Shown here: positions 1-9,466 of the stretch, one piece after another | Layout of the letters: each line of letters starts with the position of its first letter | How positions within the stretch are numbered: position 1 is the first letter of the stretch | Virus record (IMG/VR): IMGVR_UViG_3300033072_001056 | Span: 3,710 to 67,709 of that record | Reading direction: 5' to 3' (one strand) | Origin: a virus | Lineage: Duplodnaviria; Caudoviricetes | DNA length: 64,000 bases | Position numbers and translations under genes: made by a program | The notes under the pieces: model-generated | Seen by the model: only the letters and a program-made list of their open reading frames with translations | Databases searched by the model: none | What the model was told of the DNA's origin: nothing

Positions 1-1
1 G

Positions 2-136
2 TTCAAAATTCTTTTTCAAAAATGACGTCGGCGCCAATTGGCAAACAGACTCAATTTCATTAAACTTTTCCAAGGCAACCATTTGTTGTTGCTCTATGAT
101 AGCTAATTTGTCGGTTTTGTAGTTATCGCTCTCCAT
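2..136 (-). CDS. N-terminal part of a gene downstream of the replication initiator (runs off the window)
   Basis: ATG at 136 overlaps the initiator stop; frame open to the window edge (MESDNYKTDKLAIIEQ...). Confidence 0.55.
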   Translation of the reverse strand, partial: MESDNYKTDKLAIIEQQQMVALEKFNEIESVCQLAPTSFLKKNFE

Positions 137-1019
137 CGGGTATTGAGTTTAAAAGTGTCATAAAATTTTTCTCTACGGTAGATTTTGGCATTCGTCCAAA
201 AACTTGCTCTTTAGGTTCTGATGGAGTCAAGATTTTGTTTTTGTAATTGTCTTCCAAAATTTTTATAAAATTATTAGGATTCATTACCCAGTCAAATGTA
301 GCCTTCCAATCTACCCCATTCTTTCTTCCGCTAAGATAATCACTTTCAGCGACTTTTTTAAATACCTCTCCCAATGTTTCAAGAGAGTATTCTTTTATTC
401 TTGCGGAAATAGCTTTTTTCCTAGAATCGGTTATTTTTTCAACTTTAGATAAATCACTACAAACAGAATTAAAAATTTGAATGATTTCGTCAAAAGGAAT
501 TTTTGGTTTTTCTCTCATACTCTCTTTTCCAAAATTATTTTCATTTTCACTTTTATATTCACTTTCATATTCAGAGTTTGCTTGAATGTTTGCTTGGCTT
601 TTTGCTTGAGCAAAATCACTTTCGTTTTTTCTCTTTTTTAAAGAGTTGTTTCCACCTTTAGAACCCGCCGAAGCTCTTTTGTCGCTGATTACTCCGTCTT
701 TTCTCATCCTTTTTTGAATAAGCAAATCACCTTCTATATGAATAACTTCTTCAGACAAAAGCTCTTCTAATCCTAATCTTATAGTTTGCAAATCCCAAGG
801 CAAAAACTTAGCTAATTTAAAAGCAAAATTTAAAATTTGCTTCTCGTTTTGCTTGTCTTTTTGCTTAAGCAAAATAGTTCCGTATTCTTCAGATTTGTGC
901 ATAATACACATTATTCTTATGTAAACTCCGGTCGCTAAAGCAGAACATTCAATAAGTTTTTCGTCTGTCAAAAAATCTTGAACGTAAAGAGGTATGTATG
1001 GTTGGTTTCTTAATGCCAT
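123..1019 (-). CDS. Phage replication initiator / replisome organiser (DUF1376/YdaU-like N-terminus)
   Basis: N-terminal PYIPLYVQDFLTD, low-complexity linker, C-terminal WKATFDWVMNPNNFIKILEDNY typical of phage initiators. Confidence 0.7.
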   Translation of the reverse strand: MALRNQPYIPLYVQDFLTDEKLIECSALATGVYIRIMCIMHKSEEYGTILLKQKDKQNEKQILNFAFKLAKFLPWDLQTIRLGLEELLSEEVIHIEGDLLIQKRMRKDGVISDKRASAGSKGGNNSLKKRKNESDFAQAKSQANIQANSEYESEYKSENENNFGKESMREKPKIPFDEIIQIFNSVCSDLSKVEKITDSRKKAISARIKEYSLETLGEVFKKVAESDYLSGRKNGVDWKATFDWVMNPNNFIKILEDNYKNKILTPSEPKEQVFGRMPKSTVEKNFMTLLNSIPDGER

Positions 1020-1052
1020 TTTACTTTTTTGTTACATTTAACACAAAAAAAA

Positions 1053-1211
1053 TCACCTTAGCAATTCTTTTAATCTTGATTCCACATCAAAAGGCATAGC
1101 TCTTATTCCCGATAAGTACGCGGATAATGTAGGTCTGCTTACTGAAATTTGCTGAGCTACCCAGTTTAATTTAAGCCCCTTTTGTTTTATTTTTCTCTTG
1201 TAGCTATTCAT
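1053..1211 (-). CDS. Small Cro/XRE-type HTH protein (52 aa, not in ORF track)
   Basis: Manual translation MNSYKRKIKQKGLKLNWVAQQISVSRPTLSAYLSGIRAMP...; HTH pattern. Confidence 0.7.
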   Translation of the reverse strand: MNSYKRKIKQKGLKLNWVAQQISVSRPTLSAYLSGIRAMPFDVESRLKELLR

Positions 1212-1319
1212 TTTTGTTACAATTTTTCGGTAAGAAAAGCGGTGAGAGTTTTAATCACCGCTTTATTGTCACAAATATAATGAAAATATGTGAATTGCAA
1301 ATTTTTATTTGAAAAAAAA

Positions 1320-1760
1320 TCAGAACGGCAATTCATCTTGATCTTCTTCACTTCCTCCATCAACAAAACTATTCGGCATAGCTGACTGAGGGTATTCTCT
1401 TGGGTTTGTTTGAGTGCTTGGCGCCGGAGTGGAATTTGAGTCTTCTTGTCTGCCTCCGATAAGTTGTATTTCAAAAGCGGTAATTCCATTTACTACTTGA
1501 GCGGTTCCGTCTTCTTTTACCCAAGCACGGTTGTTTACTTTTCCGGAAACAAAAATTTCATTTCCTTTTTTGATGTATTGCGCAACCGAAGTATTGTTTC
1601 CCCATTTGCTAATTTCGAACCAAATTGTATTGGTAACTTTCTCGTTGTTTTTCACGTATGTTTCCGATACGGCAACACTAAAATTTATGACTTGGTTAGT
1701 TCCTAAGTCTTTTACTTCTGCGTCTTGACCGATTCGACCAATGATAGATATGTACTGCAT
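1320..1760 (-). CDS. ssb: Single-stranded DNA-binding protein
   Basis: OB-fold motifs (IIGRIGQDAE, FSVAVSE, IKKG..V.V.G) and acidic C-terminal tail ending DELPF. Confidence 0.93.
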   Translation of the reverse strand: MQYISIIGRIGQDAEVKDLGTNQVINFSVAVSETYVKNNEKVTNTIWFEISKWGNNTSVAQYIKKGNEIFVSGKVNNRAWVKEDGTAQVVNGITAFEIQLIGGRQEDSNSTPAPSTQTNPREYPQSAMPNSFVDGGSEEDQDELPF

Positions 1761-1771
1761 AATTATTTTTT

Positions 1772-2158
1772 TTAAATTACTAAATCGCTTAAATCAACCG
1801 GAACAAAGTTCTCCGGCTTCAAGATTTTCCCGTCCGGATTTCTCAAGACCTTTCCGTCGGCTCCTACTTTGGTCATATTGTTTTCGTGAACTCGGTTAAA
1901 TGCTTCTTCGATTACTCCTTGCAATCCGTGAGTGTTAATTGTGCCGGCCAAGATGTAAAGCATATCAACAACCGCATCAAGTATTTCTACTTTGTCGTTT
2001 TCGGAGTATGCGGTTAGATATTCTGAATTTTCTTCGTTCATTAGCCTGTATCTAAGAACTACATCTTTGTCTTCCCCTATACTTGGCGAATCGGCTACCG
2101 GTTGGTCTGTTGCTTTTTGGAATACTGCAACCTTTTCTAAAATTTCTTGAATTTGCAT
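1772..2158 (-). CDS. MazG-like nucleotide pyrophosphohydrolase (all-alpha NTP-PPase)
   Basis: EENSEY...EILDAVVDMLY; VHENNMTK...RNPDGKILKP. Confidence 0.8.
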   Translation of the reverse strand: MQIQEILEKVAVFQKATDQPVADSPSIGEDKDVVLRYRLMNEENSEYLTAYSENDKVEILDAVVDMLYILAGTINTHGLQGVIEEAFNRVHENNMTKVGADGKVLRNPDGKILKPENFVPVDLSDLVI

Positions 2159-2159
2159 A

Positions 2160-2420
2160 CTATTCTATTGGTTTAAAATTATTTTTAAAATATTCCTCTG
2201 CTACTAACCATTGGTCGTTATGATTTTGCGGGTTTCTAGCTATCATATCACCTATCTTTGGAGAGCCGTTTTTTAAATCAGCATCTGAAATACTTACTTT
2301 AAATTGTGTGTCTATTAATGAATGAATCGCTTTATCACTTTCAAATGCTCTAATATCTGACTGTGTTACCTCTCTCATTTCTGAAATTTGTGTTCTTTGG
2401 TAATTTTTGAATTTGCTCAT
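2160..2420 (-). CDS. Hypothetical phage protein
   Basis: ORF coupled to both neighbours. Confidence 0.6.
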   Translation of the reverse strand: MSKFKNYQRTQISEMREVTQSDIRAFESDKAIHSLIDTQFKVSISDADLKNGSPKIGDMIARNPQNHNDQWLVAEEYFKNNFKPIE

Positions 2421-2761
2421 TATTTTTTTGGTTTTAAATTAAACTTCAACATTTTGTTTTCTTTGGTGTAGAAGTAAAGAACGTTTTCGCTTGTTAGTAG
2501 CATAGAATAAATATATGTTCCATCTGTTGTCGAGTATAAAGCTCCTTGTAAATTTCTTTTTTCGTCAAGCAATAATCTTTTGTTTGTGATTGATAGTACT
2601 TGGTCGAAAAGTTCAATTTGCGAATCGTTAATTTTGAATTTCCCTGATTTGCTAATTGAGAAAAATTCCCCAACCTCATCCCTAACAAAAATCTCTCTAT
2701 ACTCATATTCTTGCCCAAAAGCAAAACTACAAACAAGCAAAAACGTTATCAGCCACTTCAT
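2420..2761 (-). CDS. Hypothetical exported protein
   Basis: N-terminal signal-like MKWLITFLLVCSFAFGQ. Confidence 0.55.
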   Translation of the reverse strand: MKWLITFLLVCSFAFGQEYEYREIFVRDEVGEFFSISKSGKFKINDSQIELFDQVLSITNKRLLLDEKRNLQGALYSTTDGTYIYSMLLTSENVLYFYTKENKMLKFNLKPKK

Positions 2762-3708
2762 TACTTTTGATTAAGAGTTTTCATTTTTTCATACACCTCA
2801 ATCTCTTTTTTGCAAAGGTAAATTCTACACATTAAAACACGTCTTTTGATATGCTCAATGTCTTCTTCTGTGACGGTTACTTCAAATTTTTTCAATCTGA
2901 AAATTGCCGGAACGTCAAAATCGAGTATTTCGTTTTCAAATTGGTAATACGGATAATCTCTTTTGAAAATGTCAATGTCAAAAATCATATTACGCTCAAT
3001 TTGTCTTTTAACTTCTTTCCACTTTTCGTCTTCGTCACTTGGATTTCCGTGAGCGTAAAATTGGCGAGTTATTTCGTTTTTAATATGATGTTCGGGGTTA
3101 TTAACCAATCCGTACATTAATTCTCCTTGAGGATAGTGGTCAAGATTAAAAACGTCTTTGGCAATGAAAGAATATCCTTTGATTTGATAAGAATACAAAG
3201 AAGTAAGCTCTGCTTCGTCATAAGTTTTCATATCATAGTTGGCCTTGGCGTCACGAATTTTACCTTGAAAATTATCCCATTCTCCTTGAAGATAATCGTT
3301 TTCGTATCTGCTACCATTTTTAATGTAGAATTCTCCGTCTAATTGACTTGCCAAATCTAATATATCCTGTTCAACGAGCAGACCCTTGTCGAGATACTTA
3401 TTTGCCAAGTGTCGTCGTCTTCTCCAAAAAACAGCCCGAAAAACATCTTCTAAGTGAGTGATAATTCCCGAAGACAATTCGTCTTCTCCCTTTTCTTTCC
3501 GCTGTAAAGATTTTACTCTCGCTGCTTTAGTATCAGTCCACTTTGTTTTTCTGCCGTTTTCGTTTACACCGGTGTTACATTCTTGAAGCAAATTTGCCAA
3601 TTCAACTTTTTCTTCTTCGCTAATTGGAACTGGCAAATTAGTCATAATATTACCCAAACTAGAGCAACGAGGCTTCCAATTCTTAAATATCAAATTTGAA
3701 TCACTCAT
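2761..3708 (-). CDS. PD-(D/E)XK exonuclease (YqaJ/lambda-Exo-like), partner of RecT
   Basis: RCSSLGNIMT, G...E, GEWD...IRDAK, YQIKGY motifs; adjacent to recT. Confidence 0.7.
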   Translation of the reverse strand: MSDSNLIFKNWKPRCSSLGNIMTNLPVPISEEEKVELANLLQECNTGVNENGRKTKWTDTKAARVKSLQRKEKGEDELSSGIITHLEDVFRAVFWRRRRHLANKYLDKGLLVEQDILDLASQLDGEFYIKNGSRYENDYLQGEWDNFQGKIRDAKANYDMKTYDEAELTSLYSYQIKGYSFIAKDVFNLDHYPQGELMYGLVNNPEHHIKNEITRQFYAHGNPSDEDEKWKEVKRQIERNMIFDIDIFKRDYPYYQFENEILDFDVPAIFRLKKFEVTVTEEDIEHIKRRVLMCRIYLCKKEIEVYEKMKTLNQK

Positions 3709-3709
3709 T

Positions 3710-4690
3710 TTACTTCTTTTTAGGGGTTAGTTCGAGTTTTTTGTCAGCGTAAAGAATAATTAATTCTTCGTCGTCTTCAGATATAGCTGGTAAGCATTTT
3801 CCCAATTCCTCCATGCTTTTTGATTTTTCAATGTGATTTTTCACTCTTTCGCGTTCTTTCGTTTCGTTTACCGCTGTTACATCGAGAGCAACTTCTTCGT
3901 GGTCTACATATTCTGCTTCTACGTCTACCGATTCTCCATTGGTGAAATTGTCATTTTTGATTACCGCTTGGTCGGCCAATACCGCTCTTTGCATTTCAAT
4001 ACTTAACGGAGCGTTTTTAGACAAGTTCAATTTAGTAACTGTCTTCAACGCCATCGCAGAGAATTCGTCTTTCCAAAGCCCGGTTCCAAATTTTTTGTAA
4101 GTCTGAGAATATTTTTTTGCGTGAGCCTCTACTTCTTCGGTTGTCATATAAAAAGACGACTCGAATCCATTAAGCAATTTGAAATAACTCAAATACCCGA
4201 TTACCGGTTTTGATAATCTTTCTTTAGAGTCTTGAATCCATTCGAATTTCATTTCTCCGGACATGCGGTCAAAATACACTAATTCGCCTTGACGAACATC
4301 GGTGTCGTTCATTTTAAGGAATTGGCCGGAACGTTGCGCTAAATTCTTGAAGCCACGATACCCCAATTGAAACTGCGCCACATCTTTAAACGTTCCATCC
4401 GGCTGTTTTGTTTTGTAAGGAACAATGTAGGCAAGCCCTAAATTTGAGTTAATCGGCAAGTCCAAAGAAGCAGCTAAAAGCGCAGCGGTGTAAACAGAAT
4501 TTTGATCCGCTTTCTGTAACAAAGGATTTGAGTTTACGACTGATAGCACAGACGATATAAACCCCACTCCTTTTTGGCCGAGAATTTCGGTAAATTTATT
4601 TTTCACTCCTTCTGAATTCAAAAAAGTTGAAAGAGCTTTAACTCCGGTTGCCGGCGCTTGATTTTGATTTGTTGTCGTTACGTTTGACAT
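3710..4690 (-). CDS. recT: RecT-family single-strand annealing protein
   Basis: LGLAYIVPY, AQFQLGYRGFKNLAQRSGQ, W..EFSAMALKTV. Confidence 0.92.
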   Translation of the reverse strand: MSNVTTTNQNQAPATGVKALSTFLNSEGVKNKFTEILGQKGVGFISSVLSVVNSNPLLQKADQNSVYTAALLAASLDLPINSNLGLAYIVPYKTKQPDGTFKDVAQFQLGYRGFKNLAQRSGQFLKMNDTDVRQGELVYFDRMSGEMKFEWIQDSKERLSKPVIGYLSYFKLLNGFESSFYMTTEEVEAHAKKYSQTYKKFGTGLWKDEFSAMALKTVTKLNLSKNAPLSIEMQRAVLADQAVIKNDNFTNGESVDVEAEYVDHEEVALDVTAVNETKERERVKNHIEKSKSMEELGKCLPAISEDDEELIILYADKKLELTPKKK

Positions 4691-4693
4691 TTT

Positions 4694-4909
4694 CTAAAAT
4701 TTTAATTGGTTACTATTAATTTTTACTTTTCCGTTTTGGTCTTTTTTAGCGGTTATTTTGCCTTTTTCGATGTGAGAGTACACGGTGTTTCTTGACATCT
4801 TGTTTAACTTGGCAAATTCGCTAATTGTGAGCCATTCTTTCACGGCATCATCTGATTGTATGACAACCGTTTCGCCGGGTTTAATTTTGATTATTCTTTC
4901 GTTGCTCAT
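4694..4909 (-). CDS. Excisionase-like winged HTH DNA-binding protein
   Basis: WLTISEFAKLNKMSRNTVYSHIEKGKI pattern. Confidence 0.75.
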   Translation of the reverse strand: MSNERIIKIKPGETVVIQSDDAVKEWLTISEFAKLNKMSRNTVYSHIEKGKITAKKDQNGKVKINSNQLKF

Positions 4910-5084
4910 TTTCGTTTATTTTTTCGATTATACTTCTTTCGGCATTAGCAATAGCAAGAACTAATATTGCCATTATACAAAAATTATCGGGTTGTTCTTT
5001 GAAGAAAATGTATTTTGCCGAAACAATAAGTAACATAATAACAAAAAGGCAAAGTTCTAATATTGCATAAATTGATTTTTTCAT
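4881..5084 (-). CDS. Small two-TM membrane protein
   Basis: Two hydrophobic segments. Confidence 0.5.
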   Translation of the reverse strand: MKKSIYAILELCLFVIMLLIVSAKYIFFKEQPDNFCIMAILVLAIANAERSIIEKINENEQRKNNQN

Positions 5085-5088
5085 ATCC

Positions 5089-6351
5089 TTAAATTTTACG
5101 GGTTGGGCAATTGTAATTTTCTTTTAAAAAATCTAAAAAAACATTTACCTCGGCAGTTTCATTAATCGGAAATGGCTCTTTAAAAAAAGAATAAAATATA
5201 TCGTCCCAAGTCAATTCTTTTTCCGGCATTGGAGTATTTGCTTTTAGTCTTGTTGAAAGACCTTTAGGGTCAACGTCTGCTTCGTGGTAAATTTCAACTT
5301 CAACACCTGTAAGGTCAAAAACATTTTCATTGGCGGATTCATCGGATTCCGTTTCTTCGAATTCAACTTCTTGAGTTACCATCTCGGGTTCTTTTGCTTT
5401 TAAAACAGAATTTTTGAATTCTTCAAAAGATTGGTCGGTGTGATTGAGCAATTTTACTTTTGCGGTGCTTTCAGAATTGTTACACTCAGCCGTTAGATAA
5501 ATTCTCCAATAATCAACGTCAACTAAAAATTTCTTTCTCTCTTGAAACTTAGCTTCTGCTTGTTTTTCTTCGAACTCTCTTTTTTCTTTTTCAAACGCTT
5601 CCTTGGCAAGTCGGATTTTTTCTTCCTCGGCTTTTTGCTTTGCCTCGATAGCCTCACGTTCTTTTCTTTGTTCCTCGGCAATTCTATCGGCTTCGATACG
5701 TTGTTTTTCGCGTTCTTCGGCAAGTCTTATTTGTTCTAAGCGAATTTCTTCTTGCTCGGTAAGGGTTTTGATTCTTGCTTCAAGTAAATTTTGAAGATAA
5801 GAAGCACTGTCATCAAAAAGCACTTCAAACTCTTGATAAATACTTCTGTTGTGCTGATTCAAAACGGCTTTGAAATTTGTTTTTAAACTTTCAATGGTTT
5901 CAAAAGTAAGCATTGAAAACTTATCTTCCCAATATTGACGAAATTCGCCAATTTTCTTTTTGATATTGTCAACTCTCTCTTGCTCCAAGCGTAGCTTTTC
6001 CAATCGCTCGTTTTCTTTGATTTGCTCGTAGCGTTCTACTTCTTCTTGCTGGGTTTTTTCGTATGGTTCCGTAATTGCAATTAGCGAAGCACTCACTTCT
6101 CCAACTCTATTTTTAAAGTTGTTCAGTTTTGACTTAATCGCCTTGTCCGACTTCTCAACATCAGTCCTAAAAGTACGCAAGGCCGTTCTGTTCTTTTTTG
6201 CTAATTCATAAGAAGAATTGTCTTTGATTTCAACAAAAGAACACTCTTTTACAAGTTTCTCGCCTCTTTCTTTGAAATTCGCCAATTCAGGCAATTTGTT
6301 CACGTCGATTTTATCTAAATCGATTACTGCTAATTCTGATTTTTTTGTCAT
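5089..6351 (-). CDS. Long coiled-coil protein heading the recombination operon (DUF1351/Gam-like position)
   Basis: E/K/R-rich heptads; first gene after the leftward promoter. Confidence 0.55.
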   Translation of the reverse strand: MTKKSELAVIDLDKIDVNKLPELANFKERGEKLVKECSFVEIKDNSSYELAKKNRTALRTFRTDVEKSDKAIKSKLNNFKNRVGEVSASLIAITEPYEKTQQEEVERYEQIKENERLEKLRLEQERVDNIKKKIGEFRQYWEDKFSMLTFETIESLKTNFKAVLNQHNRSIYQEFEVLFDDSASYLQNLLEARIKTLTEQEEIRLEQIRLAEEREKQRIEADRIAEEQRKEREAIEAKQKAEEEKIRLAKEAFEKEKREFEEKQAEAKFQERKKFLVDVDYWRIYLTAECNNSESTAKVKLLNHTDQSFEEFKNSVLKAKEPEMVTQEVEFEETESDESANENVFDLTGVEVEIYHEADVDPKGLSTRLKANTPMPEKELTWDDIFYSFFKEPFPINETAEVNVFLDFLKENYNCPTRKI

Positions 6352-6416
6352 TGTATTTAGATTTGATTAATTTTTTGTTTGAAACGGACGTGTAGCCGTT
6401 TGCGTTATTCAATACA

Positions 6417-6448
6417 CAAATGTAATGATTATGTTTAAATTGAACAAA
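6417..6448 (-). promoter_or_regulatory. Bacteroidetes sigma70 promoter for the recombination/replication operon
   Basis: TTTG-N20-TACATTTG on the minus strand. Confidence 0.8.
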
Positions 6449-6458
6449 TATATGTTCA
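6441..6458. promoter_or_regulatory. Operator-like palindrome O1
   Basis: TGAACA-N6-TGTTCA overlapping the -33 box of the leftward promoter. Confidence 0.7.
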
Positions 6459-6565
6459 GAAAAGTGTCGGAATAAAAATTATTTGTTTTTGATTAAATAA
6501 TTGTAATTCAGTAAATTATTATTTGCGATACATAATCGTTTTAGGATTATGTTTTGAACAAATAT

Positions 6566-6583
6566 TGAACAAAAAAGTGTTCA
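6566..6583. promoter_or_regulatory. Operator-like palindrome O2
   Basis: TGAACA-N6-TGTTCA next to the -33 box of the rightward promoter. Confidence 0.7.
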
Positions 6584-6584
6584 G

Positions 6585-6614
6585 TTTGAATATTGATAAA
6601 ATTTTATAACTTTG
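6585..6614 (+). promoter_or_regulatory. Rightward promoter for 6631..6960
   Basis: TTTG-N18-TAACTTTG. Confidence 0.65.
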
Positions 6615-6630
6615 TTCAAACAATTACCGT

Positions 6631-6960
6631 ATGACTGACATCGGATTCTATCGTGCTAAAATAAAAATTTACGGAGCCATTCCAATAATTCAATTGCTTG
6701 AGTATTTTCAAGGCGTTGAAAACTACAGAGAATGTGTTCTGATTTGCCAAGTAATTGACGAAATCAACCACAAAAGCCCTCCTAATTATTTCAAGTTCCC
6801 TAAGCAAATGAGTGAAGAAATTTTTGATTTCGGCTTAATTGAAAGACGTAAAATTGATCCGGACTCAACAATGAGTGATTTGCTAGAGATTATCTCAGAC
6901 AGTTTCGACAAAATACTCAGCGATGTGGCTAAAGAGAATAAAACTCAGTCGCTCAATTAG
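6631..6960 (+). CDS. Hypothetical protein (lone rightward gene in a leftward region)
   Basis: Own promoter; ORF abuts the convergent 6957 gene. Confidence 0.65.
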   Translation: MTDIGFYRAKIKIYGAIPIIQLLEYFQGVENYRECVLICQVIDEINHKSPPNYFKFPKQMSEEIFDFGLIERRKIDPDSTMSDLLEIISDSFDKILSDVAKENKTQSLN

Positions 6961-7331
6961 TGTTGTTTTACGTTGTATTGACGACTTCCCATAAATGATT
7001 GGCAAGGCACGTTTTGATTTCGGAATTCTTTTCTTACTTCGTGGTTTTGAAATACGACTTCGTGAATTGTGTAAATTGGGAACCCGAGAAAATCGACTCC
7101 GACTTGAAACTGAACTTCCCTATGGTCAATTGTTTTTTTGATGTTTTCGTATTGGACGTTTTTGTTTTCCATATCCTTTACTTTTTCGTAGAGTCTTTGC
7201 TCTTTTCCTTGCCAAGTTTCGGATAATAGTTTCTTTCCGTTTTCGGTTATTGGAATTTGCGGATTTCGCAATTGGATTTGATGGGAATATCTATCGATTA
7301 ATTCCTCAAGTGATGGGAGTAGTTTTTTCAT
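6957..7331 (-). CDS. Hypothetical protein
   Basis: ORF track; tight packing. Confidence 0.55.
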   Translation of the reverse strand: MKKLLPSLEELIDRYSHQIQLRNPQIPITENGKKLLSETWQGKEQRLYEKVKDMENKNVQYENIKKTIDHREVQFQVGVDFLGFPIYTIHEVVFQNHEVRKEFRNQNVPCQSFMGSRQYNVKQH

Positions 7332-7334
7332 AGT

Positions 7335-7643
7335 TTAATAAATTATTTTTTGCCCACATTTAACCGATTTATAAAACCTCTCAGTAGTGTAAAGTTTTTT
7401 TTGATGATATTTGTTTGCTAAGAATAAAATGTAAGTAGCTTTTTCAGAATGATGCCGGTGAGGTTGCGGAACTACAACTGGTCTTACAGGGACAAATCCC
7501 GCTTCGCAAATTGTTTTTCTTGAATCGCAACACTCTCCTTTAGGTGTGTACTCTTTATGAATAATATACCAAGTTTCTTTTTGTCTTTCATCACAGCTTA
7601 AAATAAAGCTACATAATCCGATAATAAATAATAGTTTTTTCAT
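7335..7643 (-). CDS. Putative lipoprotein
   Basis: MKKLLFIIGLCSFILSC lipobox. Confidence 0.65.
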   Translation of the reverse strand: MKKLLFIIGLCSFILSCDERQKETWYIIHKEYTPKGECCDSRKTICEAGFVPVRPVVVPQPHRHHSEKATYILFLANKYHQKKLYTTERFYKSVKCGQKIIY

Positions 7644-7810
7644 TGTATTGAATTTAAGTTATTTGCGAATTTACAGATTTTTTTTGGTCAAAGTAGTTCA
7701 TCCAAAACTTTTTGAGTGAAAGCGGAATCGTTTTCCAAGTGTATTTGTGAGCGTCAGGCTCTTGGCCTTCGTTTAGCTTGTTTATTATTTGCTGTTTTCG
7801 GTTCATAATT

Positions 7811-8164
7811 TTAAAATTTGATTTGATAATCTCTTTCCAAGGCGTTTTTGGCGTTTTTAATGTTTAGCGCAGAAACGTAAACACAATTTGGTTTTTGAAT
7901 CACTTTTGTTTTTGAAATCGGATTAGGATTGTAGATGTCAACCGATGCTTTTTTCTTGTAATTTGCCAATGCTTCAAACCAATGAATTTCTTTTCTCGCC
8001 GGTTCGTATTCAGCTAAAGAAAGAACTCCTTTAACGTAATCGTATTCAAAAATAGAGTGATTTTCGTGAGGTATGATTTTCTTCTGAAGAATAAGCGTTT
8101 GCTTTTTCTGTTGCTGTTTTACGATTTCTATTTTGTCTTCTGATTTTGGTTGTAGTTCTTTCAT
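7811..8164 (-). CDS. Hypothetical protein
   Basis: ORF track. Confidence 0.6.
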   Translation of the reverse strand: MKELQPKSEDKIEIVKQQQKKQTLILQKKIIPHENHSIFEYDYVKGVLSLAEYEPARKEIHWFEALANYKKKASVDIYNPNPISKTKVIQKPNCVYVSALNIKNAKNALERDYQIKF

Positions 8165-8175
8165 ATCGATTGGTT

Positions 8176-8478
8176 TTAATTAGCGGATTCGTTGTTTTTT
8201 ATCCAAGAACTTTTTCCATTTTCGTCTATTTTACAGCCTATAAATTCGATTATTGGCGGATTTTCAAATATGACTGATTCGCCAAGTATCATCTCCTCCA
8301 AAATAGCAAGATTATACCCAAACACATTACCGGGAATAACTCCTGTTGATTTATGAACAATCAGCGCATTGGTCAAAAGTTCTCGGTTTTTACGTTTTAT
8401 AGCAAAGCTTTGTTGTATAGGATTTAGCGACTGAAACGCTTTTGTGTTTTCGATTTGGTTTATTGTTATGGTGTTCAT
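8176..8478 (-). CDS. Hypothetical protein
   Basis: ORF track. Confidence 0.55.
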   Translation of the reverse strand: MNTITINQIENTKAFQSLNPIQQSFAIKRKNRELLTNALIVHKSTGVIPGNVFGYNLAILEEMILGESVIFENPPIIEFIGCKIDENGKSSWIKNNESAN

Positions 8479-8484
8479 AGGGTT

Positions 8485-8652
8485 TTAATTGATAACTGAT
8501 TCAACAAATTTTCTGTATTTCGGGAACATCAATTTTATGAAATGCTTTCCGTTTTCTGTTCTATGGGCGATAATTCCTTCGCAAAAGGTTTTTGCTTTTT
8601 TGAATTGCTCAAGTGAAACTTCTACTTTTTGATTGTAAGGTGTTTGTGTCAT
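8485..8652 (-). CDS. Hypothetical protein (55 aa, not in ORF track)
   Basis: Manual translation MTQTPYNQKVEVSLEQFKK...; fills the gap between neighbours. Confidence 0.5.
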   Translation of the reverse strand: MTQTPYNQKVEVSLEQFKKAKTFCEGIIAHRTENGKHFIKLMFPKYRKFVESVIN

Positions 8653-8665
8653 AGGTTTTTAGTTT

Positions 8666-8899
8666 TTAGTTTGCCAAGAATAAATCCTTCAAAGAATATC
8701 CTAAAGCGATTAATAATTTATCGATTGTTTGAAATGTCACGTCTGGCATATTTGCTTTTTCAATTTCGCCAATTGCCGAAGCCCGATAAGGATTCCCAAA
8801 AGCTTTTGTTGATAGCTTGGCAAGAGATAGCTTTTGTTTCTTGCGCTCCTTGTGGATGAATTTGCCAATTGCTAAAATTGTTGTCATAACACAGCCCAA
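8666..8899 (-). CDS. XRE-family HTH transcription regulator
   Basis: IGKFIHKERKKQKLSLAKLS...IGEIEKA...TFQTIDKLLIALG. Confidence 0.8.
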   Translation of the reverse strand: MGCVMTTILAIGKFIHKERKKQKLSLAKLSTKAFGNPYRASAIGEIEKANMPDVTFQTIDKLLIALGYSLKDLFLAN

Positions 8900-8962
8900 A
8901 TTATAATTAATACTATCGCTGCCAAAAAATTATAAAACAGCCCTTCGTTTCTTTCGTTAAGT

Positions 8963-9151
8963 TTAAATCTCATTGATTAGATTTTTAAAATTAGACTTTT
9001 GTGATTGAGATAACTCTATGATTTGCTCATTGAACGCGTCATCGTGAGCGCACGTTGATTTTATCTCGTGGTTAGGTAGTTTCTTTATCGATTCTAATAA
9101 TCGTTGCTCTAAAGCCTTGTTTTTGTCTTTTGCAATTTCCGGAGTTGTCAT
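8963..9151 (-). CDS. Hypothetical protein
   Basis: ORF track. Confidence 0.5.
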   Translation of the reverse strand: MTTPEIAKDKNKALEQRLLESIKKLPNHEIKSTCAHDDAFNEQIIELSQSQKSNFKNLINEI

Positions 9152-9169
9152 TTTTGATCGGGATTAAGA

Positions 9170-9466
9170 TTATTTGTGCATAGGCTTATTGCAGTGTATG
9201 CAATTCCACTCAGCTATATGAGTGTGTTGATTTATTTTAACTGGTTCTGAGCGTTTGTACTCATGCAACCCTCTTCCGCATTTTTTTAACGTCGATTTTG
9301 ATGGTTGTTTTTCATTTAAAAGAGAAGGATAGTTTGTTATTTTAATAGGTTCTTGAAAATCATTTTTTATCATAACAACTTCTTCATCAATAACTTTTTG
9401 TAAAGCCGATGTTAAAGTTGATTTACCATGGTCAAGGTGTCCTACGATTATAATTTTCTCTTTCAT
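9170..9466 (-). CDS. Small protein with an EF-Tu-like G1 P-loop N-terminus and a C-terminal C/H zinc-binding motif
   Basis: IVGHLDHGKSTLTSAL; C...H...CxxC; no G3/G4 motifs. Confidence 0.6.
   Translation of the reverse strand: MKEKIIIVGHLDHGKSTLTSALQKVIDEEVVMIKNDFQEPIKITNYPSLLNEKQPSKSTLKKCGRGLHEYKRSEPVKINQHTHIAEWNCIHCNKPMHK

Noticed and set aside
1217-1489. 90-aa ORF overlapping the ssb 3' end
   Set aside because: Alternative frame over ssb with no recognisable features.
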